Below the pieces are notes generated by a model. It was not told the DNA's origin. It did no database searches and was given only the letters and a program-made list of their open reading frames with translations. This document shows, piece by piece, positions 37,501-51,089 of a DNA stretch of 64,000 nt. The first letter of the stretch is position 1. Each line of letters begins with the position of its first letter. The DNA lies in contig NC_091992.1 of the NCBI RefSeq assembly GCF_044704955.1, forward strand, positions 30,442,001-30,506,000, in the 5' to 3' direction. A program made the position numbers and the translations under genes. Source of the stretch: Pristiophorus japonicus (lineage: Eukaryota).

Positions 37501-38809
37501 GTGAGGGTTTCAGTCATATTCAGCTGTTTTAAGCTGCTCCCTTTCCTTTTTTGTTGAGATGCAAACTTAAAGCAACTGAGCGTCTTTTCGAATGGAACAA
37601 GTCACAAAGAGTGAATAATATGCAGAAAGTATCCCGTTTACACTTCCAACCCCCCCCCCCCTCAACCCCAACAATGTTTCCCACTTACGAGTTCATTGAG
37701 AGAGTAATCTTACATTATTTTAATATTCTGCTTATTTCGCACAGTAGAGCAGAACAGTCCTTGAAATGCAAGGAAGAATAGACAAAATAACTCATTTATG
37801 TTGGTGGTTAAAGGCACCCAATGGACAAGTATAATACGGGTATTAACAATGATTTAAATATATAAAAATTAAAGTATTGTTTTAAAATTCACATTGGAGA
37901 ATTGCAACAATTCCATTTTTGGGGAAGGAATATCCTGTCCATAGGCTTTTTTAAAATACCCTTTCTATTTTCATTGCTAAAGGAGAAGTTAATGGATGAT
38001 ATGCTCCAAGATTTTTTAATTCATGAAGAGAATAGATAATGTACAAAACTACACCTGAGGAATCATGGGGCCGAATGAGCAACACTTAAAAAAAAAAATA
38101 ATCGGTGCTTAGAGTTGTTGAATAACTGTCACTTAATTATTGCGCAGTGTGATGGCTCAGTTGAAGTGTTAACAGTAAACTGCAAAAGTGAAACAATGTG
38201 GAGATAAGGGATTAGGGCAGGAAAAGTTTTCAAAGAAGTCACATTGGTCATGAAATGGTTGATATAATTTGAAAGGGCAATCCTGTTCCTACATTAGTTT
38301 TATTAATCAATGTTGGTCATGTTTCTCTTCATTATTTGTCATTTTATGTACTTAATGTAGCAACAGGAAATAGAATGCTGCAAAATTAATGGTGGCACTA
38401 ACCAAAACAGTGTAAAGAGCTTTATTTCACTGCAAATATTTGAACTAGATTAGATCTGAAGTAATTTATCTAATGTCAGTACTGGAGTTTTCTGATTTAG
38501 ATAGTAACATGTTAAATGCTTTGGTTGAGGGAAAGCAGACTGGATTTAGATAGATGTTTCTACATGATCTGTGTACTTATCCACTTCGGAGGGAGGAGAA
38601 AGGAAGGCAAATGAATGAATTTCATGGTCTTGGCCAGTGTAAATCTGCCGAGTTGGCCCAAGGAAGAACCCCTCAAGTTAGCTTGGCGCTTAAACTGTTA
38701 CAAATGGAGAACATTTAATCTTCAGAATTTCAGGCATGAGTTATTGGGTAGTTGAAGGGTACACCTTTAAATGCTGAGCCTCAGTACCATTACCCGATTG
38801 GAACTGAAA

Positions 38810-39962
38810 CATCACCCCTGTGCTTGCTGACCTATATTAGCTCCTGGTCCGACAACTTCTTAAATTCTGGTTCTTATTTTCAAATCCCAGCATAGTATCT
38901 CGCCTCCTTAACCACCTCCAGCCCTACAACCCTCCAAGTTATCTGCGCTCCTCCAATTCGGGCTTCTTGGGCATCCCTGATTTTAATCGCTCCACCATTG
39001 ATGGCCATACCTTACCTTAGCTGCCTAGGCCCTCACTCTGGAATTCCCTCCCTAACTCCCTCTGCCTCACTACCTCTCCTCCTTTGACGCTCCTTAAAAC
39101 CTACTTCTTTGACAAGCTTTTGGTCACCTGTCCCAATGCTTCAGCAGTACCCTCGCCTAAGTCAGAAAGTTCAAGTCCGACTTTAGAGACTTGAGCACAA
39201 AAATTTAGGCTGACACTCCAGTGCCGTCTTTCAGATGAGATATTAGACCGAGGCCCCATCTCCTCTCTCGGGTGGACGTAAAAGATCCGATGGCACTGTT
39301 TCGAAGAAGAACAGGGGAGCTATCATAGAATCATATAAATGTACGGCACAGAAGGAGGCCAATCGGCTAATTGTGTATGCGTCGGTTGAAAAAGAGCTAG
39401 CCAACCTAATCCCACTTTCCAGCTCTTGATCCATAGCCTTGCAGTTTGCAGCACCTTAAGTGCATATCCAAGTACGTTTTAAATGTGATGAGGTTTTCTG
39501 CCTCACCCACTCTTTCAGGCAGTGAGTTCCAGACCCCCACCACCCTTTAATTACTTTAAAGCTATGCCCCCTGGTAATTGACGGCTCTGCTAAGGGAAAT
39601 AGGTGCATCCTATCCACTCTATCTATCTAGGCACCTCATAATTTTATACACCTCAATTATCCCCCGTGGCCTTGCCAACAACACAAAAAACAGATTATCC
39701 AGTCATTATCACATTGCTGTTTGTGAGAGCTTGCTGTGCACAAATTGGTTGCTGCTTTTCCTACATTACAACAGTGACTACACTTCAAAAAGTACTTCTT
39801 TGGCTGTAAAGCACTTTGGGATATCCAGTGGTCGTGAAAGGCGCTGTATAAATGCAAGCCTTTCCTTTCTGTTACTTTAATGTCAAATTTTGTTTGCTAA
39901 TGCATCTGTGAAGCACTGTGGGACGTTTAATTATGTTAACGGTGCTATATAAATGCAAGTTG
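38810..39962 (+). mobile_element. L2 3' end (38810-39135 and ~39890-39962) hosting a SINE (39140-39322 and 39658-39862)
   Basis: L2 3'UTR resumes after the SINE tail; SINE halves are collinear with the 53482 copy. Confidence 0.75.
39323..39657 (-). mobile_element. CR1 3' fragment inserted in the SINE
   Basis: (CATAGAAT)n tail; TATC on both sides of the insertion. Confidence 0.8.
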
Positions 39963-41404
39963 TAATTTGGAACCATCTATTTTACAAATAGTGCCTTACG
40001 CTGCAGATAGTTTTTAAAAACTCCTTTTCTGCCTACTCAGTGGAAAATATGCTCCTGTTAGGAAATATAAATCATGGAAGCTATAGATTAATTTTGTTGT
40101 TTCCGTTGATAGTAGATATCTTTTTGAGGAAGTTGGGTTGGGAAGGGCATGGAGAGCACTGGGCTAAGAATTCAAAAGATAAAGACACACCTTGTAAGAA
40201 AACGGAACAGGAATGTATGTAATGCAAGTGGTAGTACTGAAGGCAGTTGTGACACTCAACATCTGGATTAGAGTAAATTGTGGAACTCCTTTTGAAAATA
40301 TTACATGCTAATTTGTCCTGAAGACCTGTTACTGACTAACTTTGATTGACTATTTCCTGGATTAAAAAAATTTCAAACTAGTTTTTTAAATGACTAATAG
40401 AAGTGGAATGCAGAATGGGCAATTATGAAATACCAGGCTAATCCAACTGACGAGGGAGAGATTCACAACTTTGTCACCCGTGAATTGCGAACTATTTCTT
40501 CATAGGTAACGATCATTTTTATCACGGGTATTCTGAGTTTTGGCTGGGCTGAGTGGATGAAGATCATTCTGAGGGGTAACTGCCTCATCTTGCAAAAGGT
40601 ACCCATCTGCTGGGTGATTTTGCAGATGACCAGGGATCTGTGTTAAAACAGATCCTTGGACAGCACGAAGGACGATGAAGCCCACATCCAGGTTTTCTCA
40701 AACGGATCCTCTTGAGCTTCTCCAGGTCAAAAATGAGTGCCTTCAGTAAATTGGAGCCCCAGTTTTGTGTAACAGTAGTTGTAGCATTAACAAGCAAAAC
40801 TACATCTCTGCTTTGGCTCTCTGGTGTGCCCCTGCTTGGAGTGGAGTGATTATTCATTCTGTGGGGGGCTGCAGGTTTCTACAAGCCCCTCTCGTGTCTG
40901 CGCTTTGTTTCTGTTTGGAATGCAGGAGCTCTAAAGAGCCTTCATGAAGTTGTCCTGCTGATTAGTTCAGCACCTTATGCAGCTCATACAAGATATGAAT
41001 GTGTGGACCCTGCAGTAGATACCCAAATGATTCAAGTGTTCACTTCCTCTTATTGCTGCTCACCTGCTGCCTCCTCACTTGTGCTTCACCAGGTGATGCC
41101 TCTTGACCGTCTCTTTCAGAATTCCCAAGGTGTATATGTGTGAGCTAATGCTTGTGTAATTGGGCATGCTTTACGAGTGTATATGAAGTGCTAACCAGCT
41201 TCCTCTTTATCTCTTTTATAAGGGATGTTGTCATGGGTTCCTAGACAGAGAAAGGAGCATGTTGGCATGTGGTACGCAGGAACTGATTTAGTGCAGGGTC
41301 CCAAGACTGGCATAGTGCTCTGCTGCTGCTGATCAAATATGTAAGCATTTTTGTGACAGCTTGAAGAACAGGCAAGGCAATGTTACCTTACTGGGATGAT
41401 ACAA

Positions 41405-41670
41405 ATAATAACTTTTATTTATATAGCGCCTTTAACGTAGTCCGAGGGTGCTTCACAACAGTGTTGCAAACAAACAGATAAATTTGACACCGAGCCACAG
41501 AAGAAATTCAGGCAGATGATCACAAGCTTGTTTAGAGGTAGTTTTTAACGAGCGTCTTAAAGGAGGATAGAGAAGTGTAGAGGTTTAGGGAGGGAGTTCC
41601 AGAGCTTAGGGTCCAGGCAGCTGAAGGCATGTCCACCGATGGTTGAGCAGTTATAATGAGGGATGTTCAA
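41405..41670 (-). mobile_element. L2 3' end
   Basis: TATTTATATAGCGCCTTTAAC... is the reverse complement of the L2 terminus. Confidence 0.8.
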
Positions 41671-42929
41671 AGCCACCAGGTTCTCCCTCACCAAAACCCT
41701 CTGACTTACCCCAACAATTTTAATGCCTTATGTCAAATGAAACAGTTGAGGTTTTTTTCTTTTGTGCTTGAGGGCATCAAGCACCTTTTTAAAAACAAAC
41801 CCCAGTCAGCATTGGGGTGAGATGCATTCCAATGCCCAGCCGACATTCCACTTGGTGAGTAGAGATGGCCACACAGCAGGATCTTTTCCTTTTTGCAGTG
41901 ACTTACTCATAGTTTTCATTTCCTTCTGTGTGAGATTTTTTTTTTGTTACATTTATATTTGTGTGACAATGTTTGAGTTTGAATGTGAATTCTAAACTAA
42001 AAGTTTGGATGACAGTATAGCTCACTGAAATAATGGGAATTGGCTACTGCCAACTGATACGGCACCTGAGTAAAATCTAGCTTGTTTACTGTTGGAAGTG
42101 GCTGAGTGAAGCTATTGTAATGAACAAAGTGGTATTGTAGCATGGCTGGTATCTCGGGACAATTTCCAATCTTACGCTTGAAGTGTAGGTGGGTGGAGCA
42201 GGCAAGAGATTGTTTGGTTACGGGTTAGGGCTATGTATGGTCCAATTAGGTAACTGTCTATTGCTTCCTTTTGCTGTCTGAGCTTGGGAATAAGGTGTAT
42301 CAAGTATTTTGTTACTATTCAGGATTTTTCATAAGCTATTTTTCCCTCAATGTAATCGTATAATATGGAACTCAAATTTAACTGAGGACCACAATTAAGT
42401 CAAAAAGAATTCACAGACAATATTGGAGGCACTATTGGAATGTGTGGCACTACAGGAAACGCAGCACATTGGGCTGAGTTAATTGGATCAAGATTCATCC
42501 ATTTGATGAGTTTCCAGTCTTGGTTGTGCTTCTGTTCGGAAGTGCTGACTGGAAGCTAAATACTCCTTCACGGATGGAAAATGGGAACGGTCTTCACCTC
42601 CGGCTGTTAATGTGTGACATCCTTATGGTTGGTTTGAAAGCAATATTGGCAGAGGAAGGGCAAGAAGATTAAAAACAATTAAGAGCCACTCAACTTGAGA
42701 CTGTTGTATGTTCACATGTAATTAACTAAACTGTGAAATGATAAGTTTGTTTCCCATCCTGTTGATGTCTCTGTATTGCAGTTTTATTAATGACTGATTT
42801 GCAGTGCTTGAATAATTCTGTTTCATTCATTGGGATTCTGGGATTTTTTACTGATATTTCTGTGATTCTGTCAGTTTAAATTTAGGGTAATTGGTTTTGT
42901 GACTAAGCTTGAAACCTTTTTTCCCATCC

Positions 42930-43350
42930 AGTACCAAGGCTGCTTGTTTCATCCACACAACATTGTCATTCTCACCATTGTTAAAACTATGAACCATACC
43001 TTCGTCACCTTCAGGCTCATTCTCCAATCATTTCCTTGCTGGTCTCTCAATTTCCATCCTTCGTAAACTCCAATTCATCCAAACCACAGCTACCAGCAAC
43101 CTATCGTGCCAGTGCACCCCTCTTCTGATTCTGTCTGCTTTCCTGTGCTTCACCTATAGTGGCACAGCTTGCAGTTGTCCTGGTCCCACACAAACTTTTT
43201 ACCTAAATCCCTTCTGTCGCTTTTCAAAAACATGCCTTTCGGCCATTCCTTCTCTAATCTCCCATAACTTCTTGCACTGCTCGGCATCTGTTTTTGATTC
43301 TGTCAAGCACCCGAGAACCTTTCACTAATTTTGAGATGATCTATAAATAT
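42930..43350 (+). mobile_element. Highly decayed L2 fragment
   Basis: Residual similarity (CCATACCTTCGTCACCTTCAGGCT...TAAACTCCAATTCATCCAAA). Confidence 0.5.
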
Positions 43351-45448
43351 GCCATACTGTTGGTGAGACAAATTGCATTTCTACTGAAATGTTTTTTTTA
43401 AACTGGGATATTTCCTGCCATTTTGAATATCAAATGATTGTCCATTTTTCTGTTTTTTTTTTAAAAGGACACATCAATCGTTTTGTTAATGACCAATTGA
43501 ATTTATTATACTGTAATCCTTAACTACCAAGTCATTGTGATTGCTTATGTTAATGAAAGAGAAGGGAGGTGGAAGCTGATGGCTGCGATTTGATCTTTGC
43601 TTGGGTTTGCTCCCTGCTAATTTCACTTTCGTTTCTTCCTGCCTCCTGTCTACCCAATTCCAAAAAAATGAAAACCATTAACCCAAAACAACAATACCAT
43701 CATCCAGCTAATGCTGAAAATTTATAAATGTTCATGGGGTTCATGATATTTGAATCCTACTGAATAATGTCAGGAAGTTGATAATATGTTAGCTGATGTA
43801 GTTAAAGTTGTTAATTTGGGAATTGCTCCATATTTTGTGCAATTCCAAGTGTACATTAACTACTTGAGACTAGAAATGAATGCTATAGTTTTAAATTGCA
43901 AAGTAGAAGGTTCCAAATTTTCCTTTCCTCTTGTTCTCGGAATCTATTCTTGGACCTCTCTCAATACCAGTTAGTGTTGTCAAGATTGTGGTAGAATGTA
44001 TTGTGGTTTTCCCAGTATAAATCTACGAATACGTATCTCAAGTTCATCAGCAGGAGGTAAACGGGCAGATATCTGCTTTCCTCCTTCTGCTGCTGTAATA
44101 ATGCTGAAGGCCAGTTGTATTTTGACATAAAATACATTTGAGATATTTCAAAGTTACAAAGTGTAAATAAAATTCACGATTTAAATTCCAGTGCATTGAA
44201 AATTAAAATTGCTACAGAGTTTGTCCTGGTAAAAGCACTTGCCATTTGGACTTATTTCAGCACATACTCGACATCACTTAGTTTTATTCTTTCAGCAAAA
44301 CACACTAGCTCTGAGGATTGAATGTAATTCATAACTCTCTGTGCTTGATCTTTCCTTGTGTCACAAGTGGATAGTGCTATCCCTATATGGTGTGTCATTG
44401 GATTCTGCTATCATCTTGTTAAAAGTTTAGCTTTTGCATTAATCAGAATTTTAGTTTAAAGCTATTTGCAGTTTCACAATTTATTTTGCTGATATTTCTT
44501 GTGTCAAAAAGTAAAGCTGCATTTTGGTACAACCATATGTATTTGGTCTTTCAAAATCCACTCATTCTGAATAAACTTGACTGTGTGTGTCATCAAAACA
44601 AAACTTTGCTTCTCTGCTTTGAGCCCTCGGTGCCATTAATGCTTCATTTACAGCATTAATGTTGTTGCATTTTTCTTTAATAACATCTATACATGTGACC
44701 ATTAGCTGTTGTGATGAAATCCAGAGGGAAGCTGATGGCTTCAGGGGTAGGCTACAGATTCTTTTCATTCATTGTGCATAGGTTTTCAGCCCTTTATCTT
44801 GTATTGATAGTTAACTTGTGGTTCTGTGGGATTTGCCATATGTGCCCACTCTTGAGCAATTCAGGTCAACTTACCTACGGTTATTTGCACTGCAGGCTGC
44901 TACAGGCAGCTGATGTGAGTGGAAGTTGTAGCTCTCCTCATTGGTTGGTTGCAAGGTTGCAGGCAGTTGGTGTATTTTTAGAAATCTGCAGCTGTATTCT
45001 TCAAAGTTGTCTTGTGGAGTTAGGTTTTGTAAAAGTAGTATAGGTAACTTAACTTTGTCATGTGGATCTCTTTATCTTTGTTCCCAATGTCTTTTGCACT
45101 CGTAGCAACTTAGATGTTCCAGGACAGCACCGAAGGACAAGTTTGATTAGTTCCAGAAAAAAGGCAGGTTTGGTGCAATTCCATTTTGATTGTCCTATTC
45201 ATGGACAGTTTTTTGGAATTGGGGTAAGAGAAAATATGAATACTGGGTCTGCTAACAGCTTTACAATTCCATAAGGACATAAGTATGTAGATGGTTTATA
45301 GCTCTGCACAGAGCTTTTTTACCCCCCCCACCTTGACTTTTATACGGGGGTCAGCTGACAAAGTGTACTTGCAAATCCTACCGTAAACATTTCTATTTAA
45401 TTTATTTCCACTGCTCGGACCCGTATCTATTTACTATTTTGGGGACGT

Positions 45449-47291
45449 GGCCCGTAATTTGCGGGCAGCAGAGAAACAAAGGTGTTTATCGCTGGCCCCG
45501 AAGTAAGCTGCCCACAAAGATCTCGTGATCTCTGTAGCAAGAAGTTCAGTTGAAATCTGTGTAAGTTCATGGGGAATCCCTAACGCAAGCTGCTGTGACA
45601 TTAACTCGCTGTCTAAGCAGCTAATCACAATACAAAATTATCTCTGAACGGGAACTAGGAAGTGAATAAATTCCTTTTCTTCGAACTTTTAAAAAACAAA
45701 GTGATTATGTGCACGAACATTTTTTTGTCCTTCTGCGCATGCGCACAATGGATCCTGCTCCTTTTTGCTCATGCAGTCTGATTGGTTCGCGTATGCGCAG
45801 TACGATATGCTGGAAGTGGGGCCGAGCACGTTGCTGAACCTGGATATGCTGCTCTAACCTGAGCCTGCCACTGGGGCTTTTGGGTTATCTTTCGAAAATC
45901 AATGACTATACTAAAGGAGCCTCCAGGACTTTTGCCTAGAATATCGCTGTGATTATCTACACAAACATTTTGCGGCCTTGGGGGGCTGTAAAGAGCACAG
46001 AGAGCGCAGTGGGGATGGGGCAAGAACATGGTCCAGATCGGGGGGGTGGGGAAGGGGCTTAAGAGCGAGAACGTGATCCAGATGGTAAGACGGATCATGT
46101 TATTCCAACTGCACACCCACCCCATTTATACTGGCACCACGTTTTCCCCCTCCACCCCTACATCTGGTTGACTTCTCGGAAATCTTGGTGCGTGTGTGCC
46201 AAGTGACATCATTGGACTGGATGAAGTCTGGAAATCATGACTGTCACTACCCAATAAACCTGTTAACAATCTGTTGCCCACACACACTGTCCCATCTGTG
46301 ACTGGGAGGTTGGGTGGGGTGGGGAGGCAAGGTCAGGAATTTGTTGGGGGGTGGGGGGAGGGGGGTGAAGGTCTTGAATCTGTGGGGGAGAAACTTGGGC
46401 AGGGGGAGAAGGTCATGAACCTGGGGATGGGAGGGAAGGAGGTCAGTAACTTGGACTGGGGAGGAGGAGGTCAGGAACTTGGGTGGGGGGAGAATGTCAG
46501 AGACTTGGGGAGGGTGGGGGGGGGGAAGGAGGTCAGGAACTTGGGTGGTGAGGGCAGGAACATCTGTGGGAGAAGGTCTTAACCTGTGAGAGTGTGCCCT
46601 GTCTGTTCTAAGTCAGCTCTGTTCAGTCTGGAGTCGGCAGTCAGAATGGCTCGAATTACACTTTGCAAAAATAAACTGCTTGGTGTGTCTTATCCTCCAA
46701 GGTGACCAATCAGCAATAAGGACTTGTCATCGAGAAAGCCCAATCAAAGTTCGAGGTGTTGCATATTAACGCATCCTTTTAAAAATGAGAGCAAAACAAA
46801 AATTGGGGCTCTTGCATGGGGAAAAGTTAAACCTGAAATAAAGATGAACAAACTTTTAAAAATCTTTTTTTTAAAGTTTCTTAAAAATTTTAATTTTTAC
46901 TAAAATGGTTAAATTTGACACTGCACAAACTAAAATTAGTTTTTCGGGGCCATTACATTTGTTTAGCAGTCAATACGTGGTTAAAACCCCAGTTACATCT
47001 AATCCAGTGGAGTCTAAATTTTAATGGGGCATTTAACAGTGGTATTACTGTGGAAAAGCCCAAGGTTTTGTCAGCTTGTGATATTCTTGATTACACTGAT
47101 TGCTGGCAATGTGGGGTGGGTGACAGCCCACAGCGCAGCTAGCGTCGGAGCAGTGAATGACTGACCGCATCTTCAGTATTTTCGCATTTGGATGTGTATG
47201 CACTAAATCTTGAAGTTGCGGTCAGTTTCAGAGGGGTAATAACAGGGAAAGTTTTTCATTTGCTGTTGATACCCACCGCAAACTCCAGGCC
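45449..47291. mobile_element. 1.8 kb TIR element related to 4636-7406, with G-rich interior
   Basis: GGCCCGTAATTTGCGG / CCGCAAACTCCAGGCC imperfect TIRs; both arms homologous to the 4636 element in opposite orientation. Confidence 0.7.
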
Positions 47292-47914
47292 TTAAGTTTA
47301 TTATATAAAGAAAGCATTTTGTTTGAATCTAAATAGAGATATGCGGATAAACCACAACTCTGATTTGCACTGCAGACCTGTCATGTGGCATCAGTGAAAT
47401 GTGCTTTTTCTTTTTGTTACGCAGCTGGAACACATCTCAGTTAGTAAAAAGATAAATAAAAAAACATAAAAGCCACTCTCTCTCTCGCGCATATAAAGTA
47501 AAACCATTGAATAATGATTGTAATTATTTTTTTGGCTCTGATAGCAATGAAGAATAATAACTTGAGAAATAATTATGTAGTATCTACTGATCTTGGGTAG
47601 CTGCTATGACCGTGGACTTCAGCTGGTAACTCTTCAAACCATTCATGGATTCAGCGCTGAACAAGCTAAAGATTTTCATTGGTGGACCTGATTGTCTGAT
47701 TTTGAATCACACCAAGCTAATTCAGAAAAATAGTGCATCAATAATTGGGTATGAAAAAATAATGCTTGTATGCATCTGTATCAATCTTGGATAGTTCTCT
47801 TTGCTTAAAAAGGTGCATAATATTATGAACATGACCGTGCTGGTGCAGGATTACAAAATGATTACAATTACAAAGTATTTGGCGTGTTTCTCTGCTGTAT
47901 TCGACCCAACAGGT

Positions 47915-48195
47915 AGGTCTTTCGGATGAGTTTTTAAGCCAAGGCCCGATCTACACTCAAGTGTACGTAAAAGATCCCATGGCACTATTTCGAAGAAGAG
48001 CAGGGGGGTTATCCCCGGTGTCTTGGTCAATATTTATTCCTCAATCAACATAACAAAAGTAGATTATCTGGTCATTATCACATTGCTGTTTGTGGGAGTT
48101 TGCTTGTGTGCAAATTGGCTGTCGTGTTTCTTACATTACAACAGTGACTATACTCCAAAAGTACTCCATTGGCTATATATAAATCCAAGTCATCT
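47915..48195 (+). mobile_element. Deu-domain SINE, partial
   Basis: GTCTTTCGGATGAG...GTAAAAGATCCCATGGCACTATTTCGAAGAAGAGCAGG. Confidence 0.8.
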
Positions 48196-48259
48196 TTCAA
48201 TTCCGGTGTTTATACTCCACACAACCTCCTCCCACCGCTGTTAAACGAATCTACTTTTG

Positions 48260-49047
48260 AGTTCAAATTTCCTTGATGTAGTTCAATGCTAGAACCTTTT
48301 CTGACCACAGTGTGATTATCAACCAGGATATATCTCTGGTTGATAATCACGCCTAACCTATTGTTATTTACCTTCATCAGGGAAAGCCATCTATTGTGTA
48401 TGTTTCCTTTTTCAGCATCACCTAGCCATTGGTTCTCCTAATTTAATTGTCCAAATTTCTTTTGAACCAGCTCCCCTACACTAGTCACCTGCCTGTATAG
48501 CATGGTGTTGTCAGTAAATATGTTTGATATTACAACTACCACCCTTGTCTATATATTGATTATTAAATGTATAAGCAGCAGAGGCTTGGAACAGAATCCA
48601 ATGGGATTCTACTAATCATCCCTGCCTCCGCTCCCAGCATCCTCATCTATTTATCACCATGTTCTGCTTTCTTTAACTAAAGAAATGTTAAATCTGATTT
48701 ACCATTAATCCCATTCCCTTTAATGTACTTAAAAGCCTCCAATGAATGTTAAATATTTGTTGAAAATTTAACTGAATTATTTCCTCTTCGTAGTCTTTGG
48801 CCATAATTTAGTTAACAACTCAAAGAATTCCAGTATGTTTGTGAGCTGTGACCTATTGATTTTAAAACCATGCTGCTCATTGTTTAAAGCCTTTATGCTC
48901 GTTAGATGAACATTGATAGTGTTCCATAAAATGCCTTTGAGCGTTCTGTATTTTGAGTGGTAGACTAATTGGTTGACTGATTCAGTGGTATTGGAAAAAT
49001 TCCTTTGTAGGTGAAATAACCTTTTAGTTCTGAACAGAGTTTGCTTC
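48260..49047 (-). mobile_element. Old CR1 RT relic (continues at ~49989-50110 after a MITE)
   Basis: EQHGFKINRSQLTNILEFFE corresponds to [18 protein letters not shown]. Confidence 0.6.
48312..48350. repeat. Perfect 15-bp inverted repeat
   Basis: GTGATTATCAACCAG-GATATATCT-CTGGTTGATAATCAC. Confidence 0.95.
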
Positions 49048-49050
49048 ATA

Positions 49051-49985
49051 GGCCCCAAGTTTCCACACGATAAAAAACGGGTGCCCCTCCGAGCTGGGCG
49101 CCCATTTTTCGCGCCGAAAAAAAAAACGCGTGATTCTGGAGCGCCCTGCAGCTCAATGTCTGCTTGGCACGGCGCCCAGAGGGGCGGAGCCTACCACTCG
49201 CGCCGATTTTGTAAGTGGGAGGGGGCGGGTACCATTTAAATTAGTTTTTTTCCTGCCGGCAACCCTGCGCGTGCGCGTTGGAGCATTCGCGCATGTGCAG
49301 TGTGAAGGAAACATTGGCACTCGGCCCCCCCCCCCCCCCCCCCCCCCGCCGTCGGGAAATGGCTGCTGAACTTGAGGCTTCCTGCAGCCTTCTCACTGTC
49401 TCCCCTCTCCCCCCCGCCCGCCCGCCGTCGGGAACGGCTGCCTCCTTCCCCCCCCCCCCCCCCCCCCCCAGCGGGAACGAACGGCTGCCTCAACTTGTGA
49501 GGCTTCCTGCAGCATTCTCCCTGGCTGAAGCACTACACCACAGGTAGGAAGATGGTTTATTTAATCTTTTCTTTGCTTATAAATGTTTATTCAGGTTGGA
49601 TTTATTTGTATAAGTATAAATAAGGATTTATTATCGAATTTAATGACTTCCCTTTCCCCCCCCTCCACCTCGTTCTGGACGCCTAATTTGTAACCTGCGC
49701 CTGATTTTTTAATGTGTAGACAAGGTTTTTTCAGTTCTACAAAAATCTTCACTTGCTCCATTCTAAGTTAGTTTGGAGTACATTTTCACTGTGGAAACTT
49801 TGAAATCAGGCATCAGTGGCCGGACACACCCCCTTTTGAAGAAAAAATTCTGTTCCAAAGTGAAACTGTTCTAACTGACTAGAACTACAGAAAAAAAAAT
49901 GTGGAGAATTGCGATTTCTAAGATAGTCCGTTCTCCACCAGTTGCTCCTAAAAATCAGGCGCAAATCATGTGGAAACTTGGGCCC
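49051..49985 (+). mobile_element. Harbinger-like MITE, 21-bp TIRs, ATA target-site duplication
   Basis: GGCCCCAAGTTTCCACACGAT / ATCATGTGGAAACTTGGGCCC (19/21 match); ATA at 49048-50 and 49986-88. Confidence 0.85.
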
Positions 49986-50209
49986 ATAGAATCTACAATA
50001 ACCTATTAAATTCCAAAGTGTTTTTATCCTATATTTTATAGAGCAGGAGATTGCAGGAACTAGAGCTGTTGGTTCCTCCCATCAGGATTGCTTCAAATCT
50101 CCCTTTCACTCCTCTCTTCCTTTTCTCTCTTTCTTTCATTGCCCCCTTTCTTTCTCTCTCTCCCTGTTCCTTCTGGCCCCCAGCCCTTCCCCCCGCCTCC
50201 CCCACCACG

Positions 50210-51075
50210 TGGAGAGATTTGAAAACGAGGATGAGTCAGTGTAGGTCAACAAGTACAGGGGTGATGGGTGAACAAGACTTGGTGCGAGTTAAGATATGGG
50301 CAGCAGAGCTCTGGATGAGCACAAGTTTATGTAGGGTGGAAGATGGGAGGCTGGCCAGGAGAGCATTGGAATAGACATGGATGAGGGTTTCAGCAGCATA
50401 TGAGCTGAGGCAGGGACAGAGTCGAATGATATTATGGAGGTGCAAGTAGGCGGTCTTAGCGGTGGAGTGGATATATGGTCAGAGGCTCATCTCAAGCATG
50501 CACAACACCAAGGTTGCAAACTCTGGCTCAGCTTCAGGCACTTGCCAGGGAGAGGGGTGCAAACGGTAGTTGGGGAATGTAATTTGTTGTGGGGTCCAAT
50601 GACAATGGCTTCAGTCTTTTCGATATTTATTTGGAGGAAATTTCTGTTCATCCAATACTGGATGTTGGACATGTAGCATGACAAATTAGAGACAGCGGAA
50701 GAGGTCATGAGCTGTTTGTCAGATCAACCAGAGTGTCATCAATGTACATGTGGAACCTGATGTGTTTTCAGATGATGTCACCGAGGGGCACCATGTAGCT
50801 GAGAAATAGAAGTGAGCCAAGAATAGATCCTTGGGGGACTTGAGAGGTGATGGTGGGGGAGTGAGAAGAGAAGTCATTGCAGGTGATCTCTGGTTACGAT
50901 TCGCTAGATAAGAATGGAACTAGGCAAGGAGAGTTCCCCAACTGGATGACAGAGGAGTTGGAGAAGGATGGCGTAGTCAACTGTGTTCGAAGACTGCAGA
51001 TAGGTCGAGAAGGATGAGGAAGAATATTTACCACAGTCACATAGAATGTCATTGTAACTTTGATAAGGGCTGTTT
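50210..51075 (-). mobile_element. L2 LINE RT fragment
   Basis: WMNRNFLQINIEKTEAI; AAETLIH..SNALLASLP; VPQGSILG-like and T.TALIKV motifs. Confidence 0.8.
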
Positions 51076-51089
51076 TAGTTCTGTGGAAG

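Noticed and set aside
40490-41350. Possible decayed Harbinger transposase or host exon
   Set aside because: Coding-like composition but only vague motif resemblance, and the motif order is inconsistent; needs a translated search.
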